A DNA stretch of 64,000 nt, taken from NCBI GenBank assembly GCA_965227295.1, contig OZ245742.1:5600001-5664000 (forward strand), written 5' to 3'. Numbering within the stretch: the stretch's first letter is position 1; the number at the start of each line of letters is the position of its first letter. Positions 1 to 10,193 of this stretch are shown here, in pieces. The translations under genes were made by a program, and so were the position numbers. The notes beneath the pieces were generated by a model that was not told where the DNA came from, did no database searches, and was given only the letters and a program-made list of their open reading frames with translations. The stretch is from Leptonemataceae bacterium. GTDB lineage: Bacteria > Spirochaetota > Leptospiria > Leptospirales > Leptonemataceae.

Positions 1-922
1 CAATACTCAGACCCAGCTCTTCGGCCTTCGCACGTCTCATCATTAAGAAACCGCCGGCGCCGTCGGAACGCGCGCTGCTGTTGAAGATGGACACGGTGGG
101 ACCGTGGCTTTGCTCGAGAAACTTGCCGTACTGCGATTGGAAGTCTGCGAACTTCATGCCGGCGTTATCGAAGAGCAACATCGCGCGACCCATGCGATCG
201 GGGTTTTCGATGAGGCCCTTGCGCAACTCGATGGCTTCGTCGACGACGAGCGGCTCATCGTCTTTACGATCCACGGCCATGACGTAATCTTTGTAGCGCC
301 CTTCCTTGTGCGCATCGCTCATACGTTTGAAGCTTTCGTAAGCGACTTTATCGGTGGTCTCGCGTTTCAGCGCGAACTTCTGCGCCAGGATCTCCGCGGT
401 CACGGCCATGCCCACGCTCACGTCCCGATCGCCCAGGCCGTCTTCCAGGCTGTCACGAATCTCCACGCCCTCCGGAAGATTGTCCGGCAACACCTTCGCG
501 AGCTTCTCGACGGAGTTGGATTTCCCACTGGTGCGCGCGTTTTTTACAATGAAGGGAATGTGCGTCTGCGACTCCTGGCCGATCACCAGAAAGACGTCGC
601 CTTCGCCGAGCGCAATGCGCCGCGCGGCCTCGGCCGTCGCTTCCAGCGCCGAAACGCAGTTGTTGGAGGCGATCACGGCGGTGGCCTCGTGGGGCAGGCC
701 CATGCGTTCGCTGATCACCCGCGCCGGATTCAAATCTTGAGGCAGGGCCTCACCGACTACCACGCCGTCGATCTTGCTTTTGTCGAGCCCGGCCTTTTTT
801 AACACGGCTTCGCCGACCTTTTGCCCGAGTTCCACGGACGTGAATTCCGCGAGCCCTTTGCCGATCTGCGCGAACGGCGTGCGCTGCGGCGCTACGATTA
901 CAATGTCTTCTGTGAGTTTCAT
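1..922 (-). CDS. Thiolase (acetyl-CoA C-acyltransferase) family; C-terminus runs off the window edge
   Basis: Not in the ORF track; translated by hand from ATG at 922: MKLTEDIVIVAAARTPFAQIG...SNNCVSALEA (catalytic Cys region)...GMAVTAE...NSSARSDGAG, all thiolase motifs. Confidence 0.9.
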   Translation of the reverse strand, partial: MKLTEDIVIVAPQRTPFAQIGKGLAEFTSVELGQKVGEAVLKKAGLDKSKIDGVVVGEALPQDLNPARVISERMGLPHEATAVIASNNCVSALEATAEAARRIALGEGDVFLVIGQESQTHIPFIVKNARTSGKSNSVEKLAKVLPDNLPEGVEIRDSLEDGLGDRDVSVGMAVTAEILAQKFALKRETTDKVAYESFKRMSDAHKEGRYKDYVMAVDRKDDEPLVVDEAIELRKGLIENPDRMGRAMLLFDNAGMKFADFQSQYGKFLEQSHGPTVSIFNSSARSDGAGGFLMMRRAKAEELGLSI

Positions 923-1039
923 AACTTTTCCTTATGCCGGCACCAGCCGGTGCGTGCATATGCACGTATTTTTGAGACACTACAGAGTGTGTAGAGTTAC
1001 AGGGAAAATGCAGGGAAATTTGGGGCGGGAGTTATTTGG

Positions 1040-1150
1040 GGGGGAGCTCCGCTCCCCCTGGCTGCGAAGCGAATCGCCTGCGGCGACCGCGTCCGGGCTC
1101 GCGCTACGCGCGACCGGGCCACCCTCCGGGCAGCCCTGCCCGGCCGCTTT
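1040..1150. repeat. REP-like GC-rich multi-hairpin intergenic element
   Basis: Nested short palindromes; the 13-mer CGCGCTACGCGCG (1100-1112) recurs in reverse complement at 33554-33566. Confidence 0.4.
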
Positions 1151-1242
1151 CACTTCTCCGCCACCCCCTCGGTTTGCAGAAAGTATTCCGGCAGAGAATT
1201 GTAAAGCGTTGACTGGTTCTGTTAATTTTCGTATTTCCGGTT

Positions 1243-3279
1243 ATGCGTTTCGGTTTCGCGATTCTTTTCTGCGCGTTCACGGCCTGCGGCGCGCCGGAGT
1301 TCGGGGACATCGAGTCGGTGGCTTATCTAAGAGACGGTAACCGATCGTTAACGTTTGAAGAAGTCCGCGAGCTGGAATTTACGAAGTCGGAGACGCCTTC
1401 ACCGACGTTCGGATATACGGATGACGTGATCTGGCTGCGGGTGAAGCTGCGAGACGGACTGGAGATCGGAGACGATTATTATCTGAACATTGCCTATCCG
1501 CATCTGGACGACATTCGATTATTTCAGTGGGACCTCAGCAGATGGCAGGTCAAGAGCACGGGGGACCAGTTATCTTTTGCGACACGGGAAATCGACAATG
1601 CAAACTTTTATCTACGGCTGATTGCCCCTTCGAATAAGCCCATATATGTGCGTGTCGAAAGTAGCGGTCCGAAAATCGTGCCTCTATCACTTCAGTCCGG
1701 TAGTGAGATTCCCGGGCAGGCCATGCGACGCTCCATGATCCTTGGTGCGGTTTTCGGCCTGCTTGCCATCATTGCCCTGTACAATCTGACTCTCTATATT
1801 TCGGTGAGAGATCCGAATTTCCTTTACTACGCCCTCTACGTTTCCCTGCTAACGGGCGCCTTCTTTTGCTTCGAACGGTTTGATTACCAGTTTATCTGGC
1901 GGGAACCGTCCACGATTTCAAATAGATCTTTCGCGATACTCGGGACGGCCGCATACTTTTGGGCTACACGTTTCGCCCGCCGATATCTCGACACACAAAA
2001 CAATTCACCGCTATTTCATCACGTACTCGGTGGCCTTTCTTACGTTCACCTCGCAGGTATTGTCCTTTTTTTATTCTACGAAAACTACGGGCTCCTCGCG
2101 CGTACGGTGAACGCATTCATACTCATTACGCTGCTTGTGATTATTACCGTATCAGTTCTTCTGACCGTGCGCGGTTCACGATCGGCCCGCTTCTTCATAG
2201 TAGCCTGGCCGATATTTATTGCAGGCAGCATATTGGGACTTTTTCGCTTCGAAGGAAGTGTCCCGGACACCTTTTTCACTCAATACGGGGTCTATATCGG
2301 CGCGATCATCGAAGTCGTCCTCATCTCTTTCGGCCTGGGCGATCGCATCAACCAAATGCGTCTGCAAACCGAACGCGCCCAGCGTGAAAGCCTCGAACTT
2401 CAACAAACGCTAACTCAATCTTACGCGCGCTTTGTACCAGAACAACTGCTCACCAGACTCGGCAAATCCACCATCCTCGACGTCCGCCTCGGCGACGCCG
2501 TGGAACGCGAGATGACGATCCTGTTCTCCGACATCCGTTCCTTTACGGTAATCTCCGAAACCATGACACCGCGCGAGAACTTCGAGTTCATCAATTCATT
2601 TCTACAGAACACAGGCCCCGTTATCCGCGAACAGGGCGGCTACATAGACAAATACATCGGCGACAGCATCATGGCGCTCTTCCCGGAATCACCAGAGCAT
2701 GCCCTGCTGTCCGCCGTGCAAATGCGACGATTGCTGAGCGCTTACAATGTACGCCGCAAGCACAATGGCTTCCGCGAAATCCAGATCGGCATCGGTATTA
2801 ATACCGGGCCTGTTATGCTCGGCATCGTCGGGGAGGAACAACGCCTCGAAGGAACAGTAATTGCCGATGCGGTAAATCTCGCCGCGCGGCTGGAAGGCCT
2901 TTGCAAACGCTACGGCGCAACAATCCTCATAAGTGAACAGACTCTCTTTCGGCTCCCTGAACCCGAAAATTACCACTATCGCATCCTCGACTATGTTCGC
3001 GTCAAAGGCAAGTCAGACACTGTCACCGTCGTGGAAGTCTTCGACGGCGATCCTCCTGAACTCTTCGGGCAAAAGAACCAGTCTCGCGTTAGCTTCGAAC
3101 GTGCCGTAACGCTCTTCGGCACGGGAGACTTTACTTCCGCGCGCGCACGTTTCGAAGATGTCCTGCGCAATTCTCCCGACGACCCCGCCGCGGCAATCTA
3201 CGCCGCCCGCGCCGCCGAATACGAACGCCACGGACCGCCGCCGAACTGGCAGGGCATCACGGACCTGGACCAGAAATAG
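1243..3279 (+). CDS. 7TM-DISM sensor adenylate/guanylate cyclase (class III)
   Basis: Extracellular DISM-like domain (FGYTDDVIWLR), 7 TM segments, cyclase motifs ILFSDIRSFT, DKYIGDSIMA, GIGINTG, DAVNLAARLEG. Confidence 0.92.
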   Translation: MRFGFAILFCAFTACGAPEFGDIESVAYLRDGNRSLTFEEVRELEFTKSETPSPTFGYTDDVIWLRVKLRDGLEIGDDYYLNIAYPHLDDIRLFQWDLSRWQVKSTGDQLSFATREIDNANFYLRLIAPSNKPIYVRVESSGPKIVPLSLQSGSEIPGQAMRRSMILGAVFGLLAIIALYNLTLYISVRDPNFLYYALYVSLLTGAFFCFERFDYQFIWREPSTISNRSFAILGTAAYFWATRFARRYLDTQNNSPLFHHVLGGLSYVHLAGIVLFLFYENYGLLARTVNAFILITLLVIITVSVLLTVRGSRSARFFIVAWPIFIAGSILGLFRFEGSVPDTFFTQYGVYIGAIIEVVLISFGLGDRINQMRLQTERAQRESLELQQTLTQSYARFVPEQLLTRLGKSTILDVRLGDAVEREMTILFSDIRSFTVISETMTPRENFEFINSFLQNTGPVIREQGGYIDKYIGDSIMALFPESPEHALLSAVQMRRLLSAYNVRRKHNGFREIQIGIGINTGPVMLGIVGEEQRLEGTVIADAVNLAARLEGLCKRYGATILISEQTLFRLPEPENYHYRILDYVRVKGKSDTVTVVEVFDGDPPELFGQKNQSRVSFERAVTLFGTGDFTSARARFEDVLRNSPDDPAAAIYAARAAEYERHGPPPNWQGITDLDQK

Positions 3280-3453
3280 GGCCGCCGCCGAACTCGTGCA
3301 CAATCTTACGGAAACGCCCGGAAATCCTCCGCCCCACCCCGGGCGCGGCTGCCTTCATCGTTGACGCATGTCCCGGACGCGAATACTAAACTTCACTAAG
3401 TTTCTCCGCGCGCACATTACGTAACAATACTCACGGCGCGCCGCATTTTCTGC

Positions 3454-3894
3454 ATGCCGGACAAGACGCATCTCATCTTCCTCAGCTACGCCCGGGCGGA
3501 CGCGGAAAGCGCCGAACGCCTGCACGCGTTCTTCCTGAGCAATCGTTTCGCCGACAGGAACGTGCGGCCCTGGCTCGACAGGCACGATCTCTTACCCGGT
3601 GAACGCTGGGACCAGGCCATCCGCACGGCGCTCCAGGCCGCGGCGTTCGTCGTCATTATCGTCTCGCAGGCGTCCGTCGATAAACGCGGCTATTTTCGCA
3701 GAGAAGTGCGCGCGGCCCTGGATCGCGGCGATGAGTTCCTGGACCGGGACATCTTCCTGATTCCGGTACGCATCGACGATGTGCCGCTGCCGGACGACCT
3801 CGCTGACTTCCAGTGCGTCGACCTGCGTCGCGACGACTGGCAGAACCGCCTGACCGCCGCCGTCAGAGCCGGCCTGGATCGCCGTAACTTATAA
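3454..3894 (+). CDS. Stand-alone TIR-domain protein (TIR_2-like)
   Basis: IFLSYARAD, PWLDRHDLLPGERW, SVDKRGYFRRE (putative catalytic Glu), LIPVRIDDVPLP. Confidence 0.9.
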   Translation: MPDKTHLIFLSYARADAESAERLHAFFLSNRFADRNVRPWLDRHDLLPGERWDQAIRTALQAAAFVVIIVSQASVDKRGYFRREVRAALDRGDEFLDRDIFLIPVRIDDVPLPDDLADFQCVDLRRDDWQNRLTAAVRAGLDRRNL

Positions 3895-3906
3895 TGTTTT
3901 GCACCT

Positions 3907-6900
3907 ATGCCCGAGACTGCTGACAACCCGCGCGTGTATCTGTGTTATTCCCGGGAAGATTTTCCGGAAGTGGAACGCTGGTATCACGCCCTGGAATCCC
4001 AGGGATTTCAACCGTGGATGGAAGACCTCGACCTCGTTCCCGGCGAAGTTCGTAAGAGCGTCGTCGAGGACGCGGTGGCCACGGCGGACTTTTTTATCGT
4101 TTGCGTGAGTCGGCGCACTGGCGGCGAACGCGGACGGGTACAGCAAGAAATCAGCCAGGCCTTAGATACACTTCAATCATACTTAGAGAACGACATCTAC
4201 CTGATCCCGGCTTTGCTCGAAGAATGCGCCTTGCCCGAACGCCTGAAGGAGTTTCATCCGGTACGATTGTACCGTCCCGACGGCTTCGAGCGTTTGCTGC
4301 ATGCCTTGCGGACCGGGGTGGAACGGCGGAGGCGGGAACACCGGCAAGAACCGATGCTCGCGCCGCCTCCATCGAACGATCAAGATTCGGCCCCGCGCAT
4401 ACCGAGCGAAACCGATCTGTACCGGCTCCTCGGCCTGGCCTATCGCGGTTGGACCGAGGATCGTCCGGCAAGGACCGCGGCATGTATCCAGCAGGCGTTG
4501 TTGCTGCTCTTTCGTTTATGCTATCGCGATCACCACGGCGATGCGGCGGCGGCCTCGGTGGAAGGCGACGCCTTACTGGAATTCATTCGCACCCGCTTCG
4601 CGACGGAGGACCCGCGGTTACTGCGATTGGTGCAAAACATCGGCCGCGCGTGCCGGATGGCCGCCCACGATCTCGACGAAAACTCGGGCCGCAAACACGC
4701 GGGCAATCTTTTGACCGCGTTCACGGCGGCCTTCTTCTTCGTGCATCGCCGCATCCGCGGGCGTACGGACCCGGATCGCGAACAGCTCTTCCGTGCGTTC
4801 AGCCCGCCCGAGACGGACACTCCGGAAGACCACTTCGTTTTTCCGAAAGCTAAGTTTCATTTACCGACCGAGTCCCCGGATCGTTCCGGCGAGCCGGCGG
4901 AACGCCGAACCGTCGCCCTGCATCAGGCGGCCATCGACAATCCCGCCGCGCAGCAACTCAGTCCGCATCAGAAAGTACTCGTCAACGTCGCCTGCTTTCA
5001 GATGCGCAGCGGCCTGGAGATTCCGTTCATTCAAAGTGAGGTGCGCAACGAGGACGTGGAGATCGAATTTCTGACCGTACTCGCGAGTGTAACTGTCGTT
5101 GCTGCGAAGTTAGCGACTGCTCACACGGTCGTCTACATCGGCCCCGAACTTTCGGCCGATGCCTGGGGCCGCCGTTACCGGCTGACCACCAACGGCCGGG
5201 ATCAACTCGACGTCTTTGAAATCGCTCAGGAAGATCTTCCCGACGATCAATCCACGGCGCCGGAGAGCCGGGAGATCCTGCATCACGACATCGACGGCGA
5301 AACGTTTGCGAACTATCGTCACACGTGCAAAGAACGCACGGGTTTTTCCCAGAGCAACATCGTCCTGCTGAACGACGATCACGATCTGCTCCAGGCCCTG
5401 AGCTATCCCTTCGACGTCTGGCGTTTGTTCCTGCACCCGCGGCAACTTCAGGTTGTCGAACACCCGGCGCGTTTCCTGTTCGTGCAGGGCGGACCAGGCA
5501 CCGGTAAGACCGTGGTGCTCGCGCATCGTATGATGCGGATCGTAGAACGTCGAGAGCACGAGGGTGATGCGAACTTTAAGATTATCTTTCTATCATTTAC
5601 GGCTTCCGTTGCCGAAAACATGCGCCGCATGCTCGATAAACTCGGCGTGAACCTGGATCGCATCGTCATCGCGGACGTGCAGGCTTTCTTCGTGCGCAAG
5701 TCTCGCAAGGAACTCGTGCTCAACTGGGACCGCAGGCGCCGACAAATCATTCTGCACGAGGAGCTGCGATTTCCGGGGAAAAATGCGCCCGGGCAAGGAC
5801 GCCGCTACGTCGACTACATCGTTACGGACGTTTTCTTCGACGAGTTTCAGGACTTCCCCACGAAAGACGAGGACAACTACATCATCAAAATGATCCGCGC
5901 CGTAAAAGCGAGTCGCGCCACGCTCACCTGCACGTACGACGAACACCAGAGCATATATCACACCGAAACGGACTTAAAGTACTGGGACCGCCTGCTTGCG
6001 AACATCGAACACGTGCGTCTCGATTACTGTTATCGCATGGCGCGAGAAATATCCGAGATATCGAGCAAACATCGGCGCATCATGCTCGCTCACGCGCGGG
6101 ACATGCTCGCCCTCTCCGGCGGCGATCCGCCCGGCTACAGCGAACAACCGGCGCAACTCGCCTACGCCTTCACCGGCGGCACCGTGAGTCTCGTGCCCAC
6201 GGTGGGTCTGCGACAAATCACCGTGGCGAAGCGCATCGTAAGTACACTTCGCGAAGAGTTAGCGCGCGACACGGACAACCGCGCTCCGCGCCCCGTGCTG
6301 ACCGCGGGCACGTCGGACGTGGTGATCATTTTTTTTAATCCGGCCGATTACGGTCGCCAGTACGCCGGGAAGCTCAGCGAAGGCTGGTACGACAATCTCA
6401 AACGCGAGCTGAACGTGGAGATCTTCAATCCCTTCGCGGTCAAGGGCCTGGAGTTTCGTGCCGGGGTGGTCCTGTTTCCGCAGTACTGCTTCATGAAGTA
6501 CCGCCAGTACCTGCGCGACGGTGTGGATCTGCGCCGCCTCGACGAATTCTGCGCCGCGATCCTCGACTACCACGAACGGCACGTCCACGCGATTACGGAC
6601 GCGGGTTTTCGCAAGAGTACGGTGGATTACTTTCACGATTTGTTGTTTTTCTTAACTTCCCGGCCGTCACTCTCCCAGCGCCGCGAAGGCGAGGGTCTGC
6701 GCGAACTCACCGGGGTCTTACAGAACGCCGGCATCAGCGGCAACGATCTCGGCGTCGTCCACGAATTGTACCAACGCTATCTGTCGCATGAACTCAAGTC
6801 CTTGCTGGTGCGTTACGATCTTCCTTCCCGCGAATCGCCGACTGCCCCGCCGTTCGACCGGCCCATGTATCAAAAGCTGCGCGCACTCATCGCCGCGGAA

Positions 6901-7104
6901 ACCGCGAAAGTCCGCCGGCATACGCGGCTGCGACGTTCGAAACTGATCCACGGCGAGATCGATCGTTCGCTGCGGGACTTAAATGAATTTTATGTAGCAT
7001 TAACGCGCTTTCGCGAGCGAACGTTCCTGGTCTATGACCAAGAGTACGATCTGGCGCCCGTGATGCCCGGGGCCGAGGTGCTGGATGAGACGGAATTGCT
7101 GTAG
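3907..7104 (+). CDS. TIR-domain / UvrD-like superfamily 1 helicase fusion with probable HEPN(DUF4145)-like and RelE-like middle domains
   Basis: N-terminal TIR (VYLCYSRED, PWMEDLDLVPG, VQQE); SF1 motifs GGPGTGKT, FFDEFQD, DEHQSIY, LDYCYR, VKGLEF, YVALTR. Confidence 0.85.
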   Translation: MPETADNPRVYLCYSREDFPEVERWYHALESQGFQPWMEDLDLVPGEVRKSVVEDAVATADFFIVCVSRRTGGERGRVQQEISQALDTLQSYLENDIYLIPALLEECALPERLKEFHPVRLYRPDGFERLLHALRTGVERRRREHRQEPMLAPPPSNDQDSAPRIPSETDLYRLLGLAYRGWTEDRPARTAACIQQALLLLFRLCYRDHHGDAAAASVEGDALLEFIRTRFATEDPRLLRLVQNIGRACRMAAHDLDENSGRKHAGNLLTAFTAAFFFVHRRIRGRTDPDREQLFRAFSPPETDTPEDHFVFPKAKFHLPTESPDRSGEPAERRTVALHQAAIDNPAAQQLSPHQKVLVNVACFQMRSGLEIPFIQSEVRNEDVEIEFLTVLASVTVVAAKLATAHTVVYIGPELSADAWGRRYRLTTNGRDQLDVFEIAQEDLPDDQSTAPESREILHHDIDGETFANYRHTCKERTGFSQSNIVLLNDDHDLLQALSYPFDVWRLFLHPRQLQVVEHPARFLFVQGGPGTGKTVVLAHRMMRIVERREHEGDANFKIIFLSFTASVAENMRRMLDKLGVNLDRIVIADVQAFFVRKSRKELVLNWDRRRRQIILHEELRFPGKNAPGQGRRYVDYIVTDVFFDEFQDFPTKDEDNYIIKMIRAVKASRATLTCTYDEHQSIYHTETDLKYWDRLLANIEHVRLDYCYRMAREISEISSKHRRIMLAHARDMLALSGGDPPGYSEQPAQLAYAFTGGTVSLVPTVGLRQITVAKRIVSTLREELARDTDNRAPRPVLTAGTSDVVIIFFNPADYGRQYAGKLSEGWYDNLKRELNVEIFNPFAVKGLEFRAGVVLFPQYCFMKYRQYLRDGVDLRRLDEFCAAILDYHERHVHAITDAGFRKSTVDYFHDLLFFLTSRPSLSQRREGEGLRELTGVLQNAGISGNDLGVVHELYQRYLSHELKSLLVRYDLPSRESPTAPPFDRPMYQKLRALIAAETAKVRRHTRLRRSKLIHGEIDRSLRDLNEFYVALTRFRERTFLVYDQEYDLAPVMPGAEVLDETELL

Positions 7105-7258
7105 ATTGTCGACGGGCGCCGGCCTTCGTCGGTCAGAGCATAGACCGTCACCGCGGCGGCCCAGGATCTCAAGCGCAACGGCCAACTCTAAATTGGCATT
7201 TCCAATTTATTGCTTGTTTTTTCAAAGCAAGATATTATACCGGGCCTCCGGAGGAATC

Positions 7259-7762
7259 ATGCCAACATCCGAAACAACGACGACGCTTCTACAGGACAGC
7301 GAGGTCCTCTCCGCCCTGCCGGTGGAGCACCTGTGCGATTTCGACATCCGCTTTGAGCCGGTCCAACGCATCGACACCGCAGCGGGAACCAGGCTCAATT
7401 ACATCATTCGGGAGGGCATCGTGCGCGGGCCGCGCATCCAGGGTGAATTTCTCCCCGGCGGTGGGGACTGGCTCATCACCGGCACGGACGGAGTCTCACA
7501 CCTGGACGTACGCGCCACGCTGCGTACGAAGGACGACGCACTCATCTACCTCACAAATCGCGGCCGGGTCTCCATGTCCACGTCCATGCGCCGCCGCTAC
7601 TTAATGGGACAGCAACTGCCTTATTCCGCCATGTACGCGCGCTCGCATCCGCAATTCGAAACAGACGCCCCGGAATACGCTTTTCTGAACGCGGCGGTAT
7701 GCATCGCGTTCAACGAGGTCAGCCTGGACCGGGTGATCTATCGCATCTACATCGTGCAGTAG
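7259..7762 (+). CDS. DUF3237 family protein
   Basis: GPRIQGEFLPGGGDW, LDVRATLRTKDDALIY, PQFETDAPEYAFLN; GGAGG RBS before ATG 7259. Confidence 0.85.
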   Translation: MPTSETTTTLLQDSEVLSALPVEHLCDFDIRFEPVQRIDTAAGTRLNYIIREGIVRGPRIQGEFLPGGGDWLITGTDGVSHLDVRATLRTKDDALIYLTNRGRVSMSTSMRRRYLMGQQLPYSAMYARSHPQFETDAPEYAFLNAAVCIAFNEVSLDRVIYRIYIVQ

Positions 7763-7854
7763 GCCTATTCTCCATGGTGCATACCACACCTGAACATGAT
7801 GCAACGCTCCTGAAAAATACTGGCACCCTGTCGCATGTTCGCGGACAACAACAC

Positions 7855-9036
7855 ATGCAGGAAGTACTGCGACACGGCATTCTCTACGGCGGCATCTTTC
7901 TGTTCCTGGGCGGCTGGGGTCATCTCCTGCGCCCGGGCAAACTCATCACCAATCGCATGCTCGCTCTACTGAGCATCGCGGTAGCCGTCCAGTTTCTGTA
8001 CCTGTACTTCCTCATGCGGGAATGGCACTTCGAACCCGGCTACTGGAACTACGCTTACCTGCCGTTTGTTTTCGTCTGCGGCCCGGGCATGTACATCCTG
8101 TTTCGCGCCACGGTCGAAGACGGCTACCGACCGTCACGCCATGTATGGTTGTTCGCTCCCGCCGTGGTACTCGTCCCGTTTCTGCCGCTGAGCTACGACC
8201 TGGCCCCGCACTGGTACGAATCGGGACCCATCGACTACTATTTCGCCGGCGCGACCACGCCCCTCGACATCGTCACGCTCTTCGGATTCTACGCCAATCT
8301 TTTCTGTTACGTGGTGATCTTCGTGCACGCCGGCCCGGTCTTTCGCTGGCGCTCACTCTCCCAGGAACCGGCCGCGCGCATCTTGCTCGGTATCCTGGTC
8401 GGCAACTCCCTGCTCATGGGCGCGCTGGGCTGCGCTCATCTTCTGCGGCGCGCGGACGGCGTGATCTACGTGGCCTTCGGTACCTCGGTATTCGCGGCGG
8501 TAATCTCCGTGTTTTCTCAGAGCGCTCCGTACCTCTTTCAGGAACTGGGCATCGCCATCCGCAAGGCCTACAAGAACTCGCGCCTGGCCGGCGTGAACGT
8601 GGCGGCCCTGGAACAAGAACTGCGCCGCTTAATGGAAGAAGACAAACTCTTTCTGCACGAAGACTTGAGTCTGCAGGCTCTCGCCCACGAACTGGACGTA
8701 AAGCCCTACCAACTCTCCGAATTCTTAAACGCGCACCTCGAACAAAACTTCTCTCGTTTCGTGAACGGCTACCGCGTGGCAGAAGCCGCGCGCATGCTCC
8801 TCGAAGAAGAAGCCGCCAGCATCCTCTCGATCGCCTTTCGCGTGGGCTTCAATTCAAAGGCGACGTTTAACCAGGCCTTCAAAACCATCCACGGTCTATC
8901 GCCGCGCGAGTATCTCAAAAAAGAACGCGCTCACAAGAAGAATCGCCGACGGCGTACGAAGATCCAGGCCCTGGGCAAACGCGCCGCCCGCATGGCCGCG
9001 AAGGTCGTGCCCTCGAAACGCCGCAAAAAAGGCTGA
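7855..9036 (+). CDS. Membrane-anchored AraC family transcriptional regulator
   Basis: Multiple TM helices then C-terminal HTH (NFSRFVNGYRV, IAFRVGFNSKATFNQAFK); start chosen by alignment with the paralog at 10194. Confidence 0.88.
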   Translation: MQEVLRHGILYGGIFLFLGGWGHLLRPGKLITNRMLALLSIAVAVQFLYLYFLMREWHFEPGYWNYAYLPFVFVCGPGMYILFRATVEDGYRPSRHVWLFAPAVVLVPFLPLSYDLAPHWYESGPIDYYFAGATTPLDIVTLFGFYANLFCYVVIFVHAGPVFRWRSLSQEPAARILLGILVGNSLLMGALGCAHLLRRADGVIYVAFGTSVFAAVISVFSQSAPYLFQELGIAIRKAYKNSRLAGVNVAALEQELRRLMEEDKLFLHEDLSLQALAHELDVKPYQLSEFLNAHLEQNFSRFVNGYRVAEAARMLLEEEAASILSIAFRVGFNSKATFNQAFKTIHGLSPREYLKKERAHKKNRRRRTKIQALGKRAARMAAKVVPSKRRKKG

Positions 9037-10092
9037 GATCCGTACCGCGCGAAAACCGCAGCCCTGAGCTCCCTTTTCGTAAATCCCGCGAGCACGGCGG
9101 TGCACGACGTACCGGCCGGCAACGCGGGGCGATCGATCAGCCAGGCCGACATCGAAGCGGCCTTCGAAGCCGAAGACGACGGCAGTTTCACCTGGAATCC
9201 GGGCGTGGTCTTTCAGTCCGCGGACGGAACCACCATCACGGGCAACGTCTTTCAACCGAAGCATGTCGCGCCGGGCGAAACGCTGCCGGCGATCATCTTC
9301 GTAAATTCCTGGGCGGTCAACGAGTTCGAGTACATCGTACCCGCGGCGAAGTTTGCGAAGAAAGGTTACATCGTCTTCAGTTACAGTACGCGCGGCTTCG
9401 GTTTCTCCGGCGGACTCATCAACGTCGCCGGCCCCAAAGACATGCAGGATCTTTCCGCTGCCATCATATCTGAACCAGGGCACCCACGCTACGGCCGAGG
9501 CCGCGGGCATTCTGGGACTGCCTAACTTCATCTGGGACAACGCCAACGACTGGTTCGACTATCATCTCAAAGGCGTCGACACGGGCATCATGCAACGGCC
9601 GGCCGTAACCTTCGAAAAAAAGTTCGCCGACATCGGCGAGCGCGTGAGCTACGCCACCTGGCCGTCACCACAGGTTAGCGAGCGCACCTTTTACCTGAAA
9701 CCGCGCGGTCTGTTCAGCGGCGGCAAACTCCAGGACTCGCCCAACTCCAGCAGCCGTACGTCGCGCATCTACAGCGGTATCGATACGACCGCGAATACCG
9801 GTGTGCCGCTCATTTCGCCGATCCTGGAAGGTCATCTGAACGCGCCGGTGCTCACGCCGCTTTCCACGGTCAGCCGCAACCACGGCGTCGTCTACCAGTC
9901 CGATCTCCTGTGGAACGGCCTTAAGATGCGCGGAAAATCAGTTTACCGTGCACGGGTGGAATCGTCCCGGAAAGAGCTGCACCTGAACGTCTATCTCTAC
10001 GACGTGGACTGGTTCGGCACCGGCAAACTGATCACCCACGGCACCGGCACGATTCCAGCCAGCAGGGCACCCTCAAAATCGAAGTTGAATGA
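9037..10092 (+). pseudogene. Degraded CocE/NonD (peptidase S15-like) hydrolase
   Basis: Frame 1 gives PAIIFVNSW...YSTRGFGFSGG...KDMQDLSAAI; a frameshift near 9466 leads to YLNQGTHATAE...YLYDVDWFGTGKLITHG. No GxSxG nucleophile segment, no good start, second break near 10055. Confidence 0.75.
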
Positions 10093-10193
10093 TCTTACGA
10101 ACGTCCGGGCCTCCCCGCGCGGGAAGCCCGGGAAAACGGCGCAAACGCCGCTAAAAAAACTGGCGCCGTGTCGCATGTCCTCCGACCATCGCA

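Noticed and set aside
104..802. 232-aa plus-strand ORF
   Set aside because: Antisense shadow of the minus-strand thiolase
3454..7104. Calling the TIR locus Thoeris or Gabija
   Set aside because: No SIR2/Macro/SLOG ThsA effector and no OLD/TOPRIM GajA nuclease adjacent
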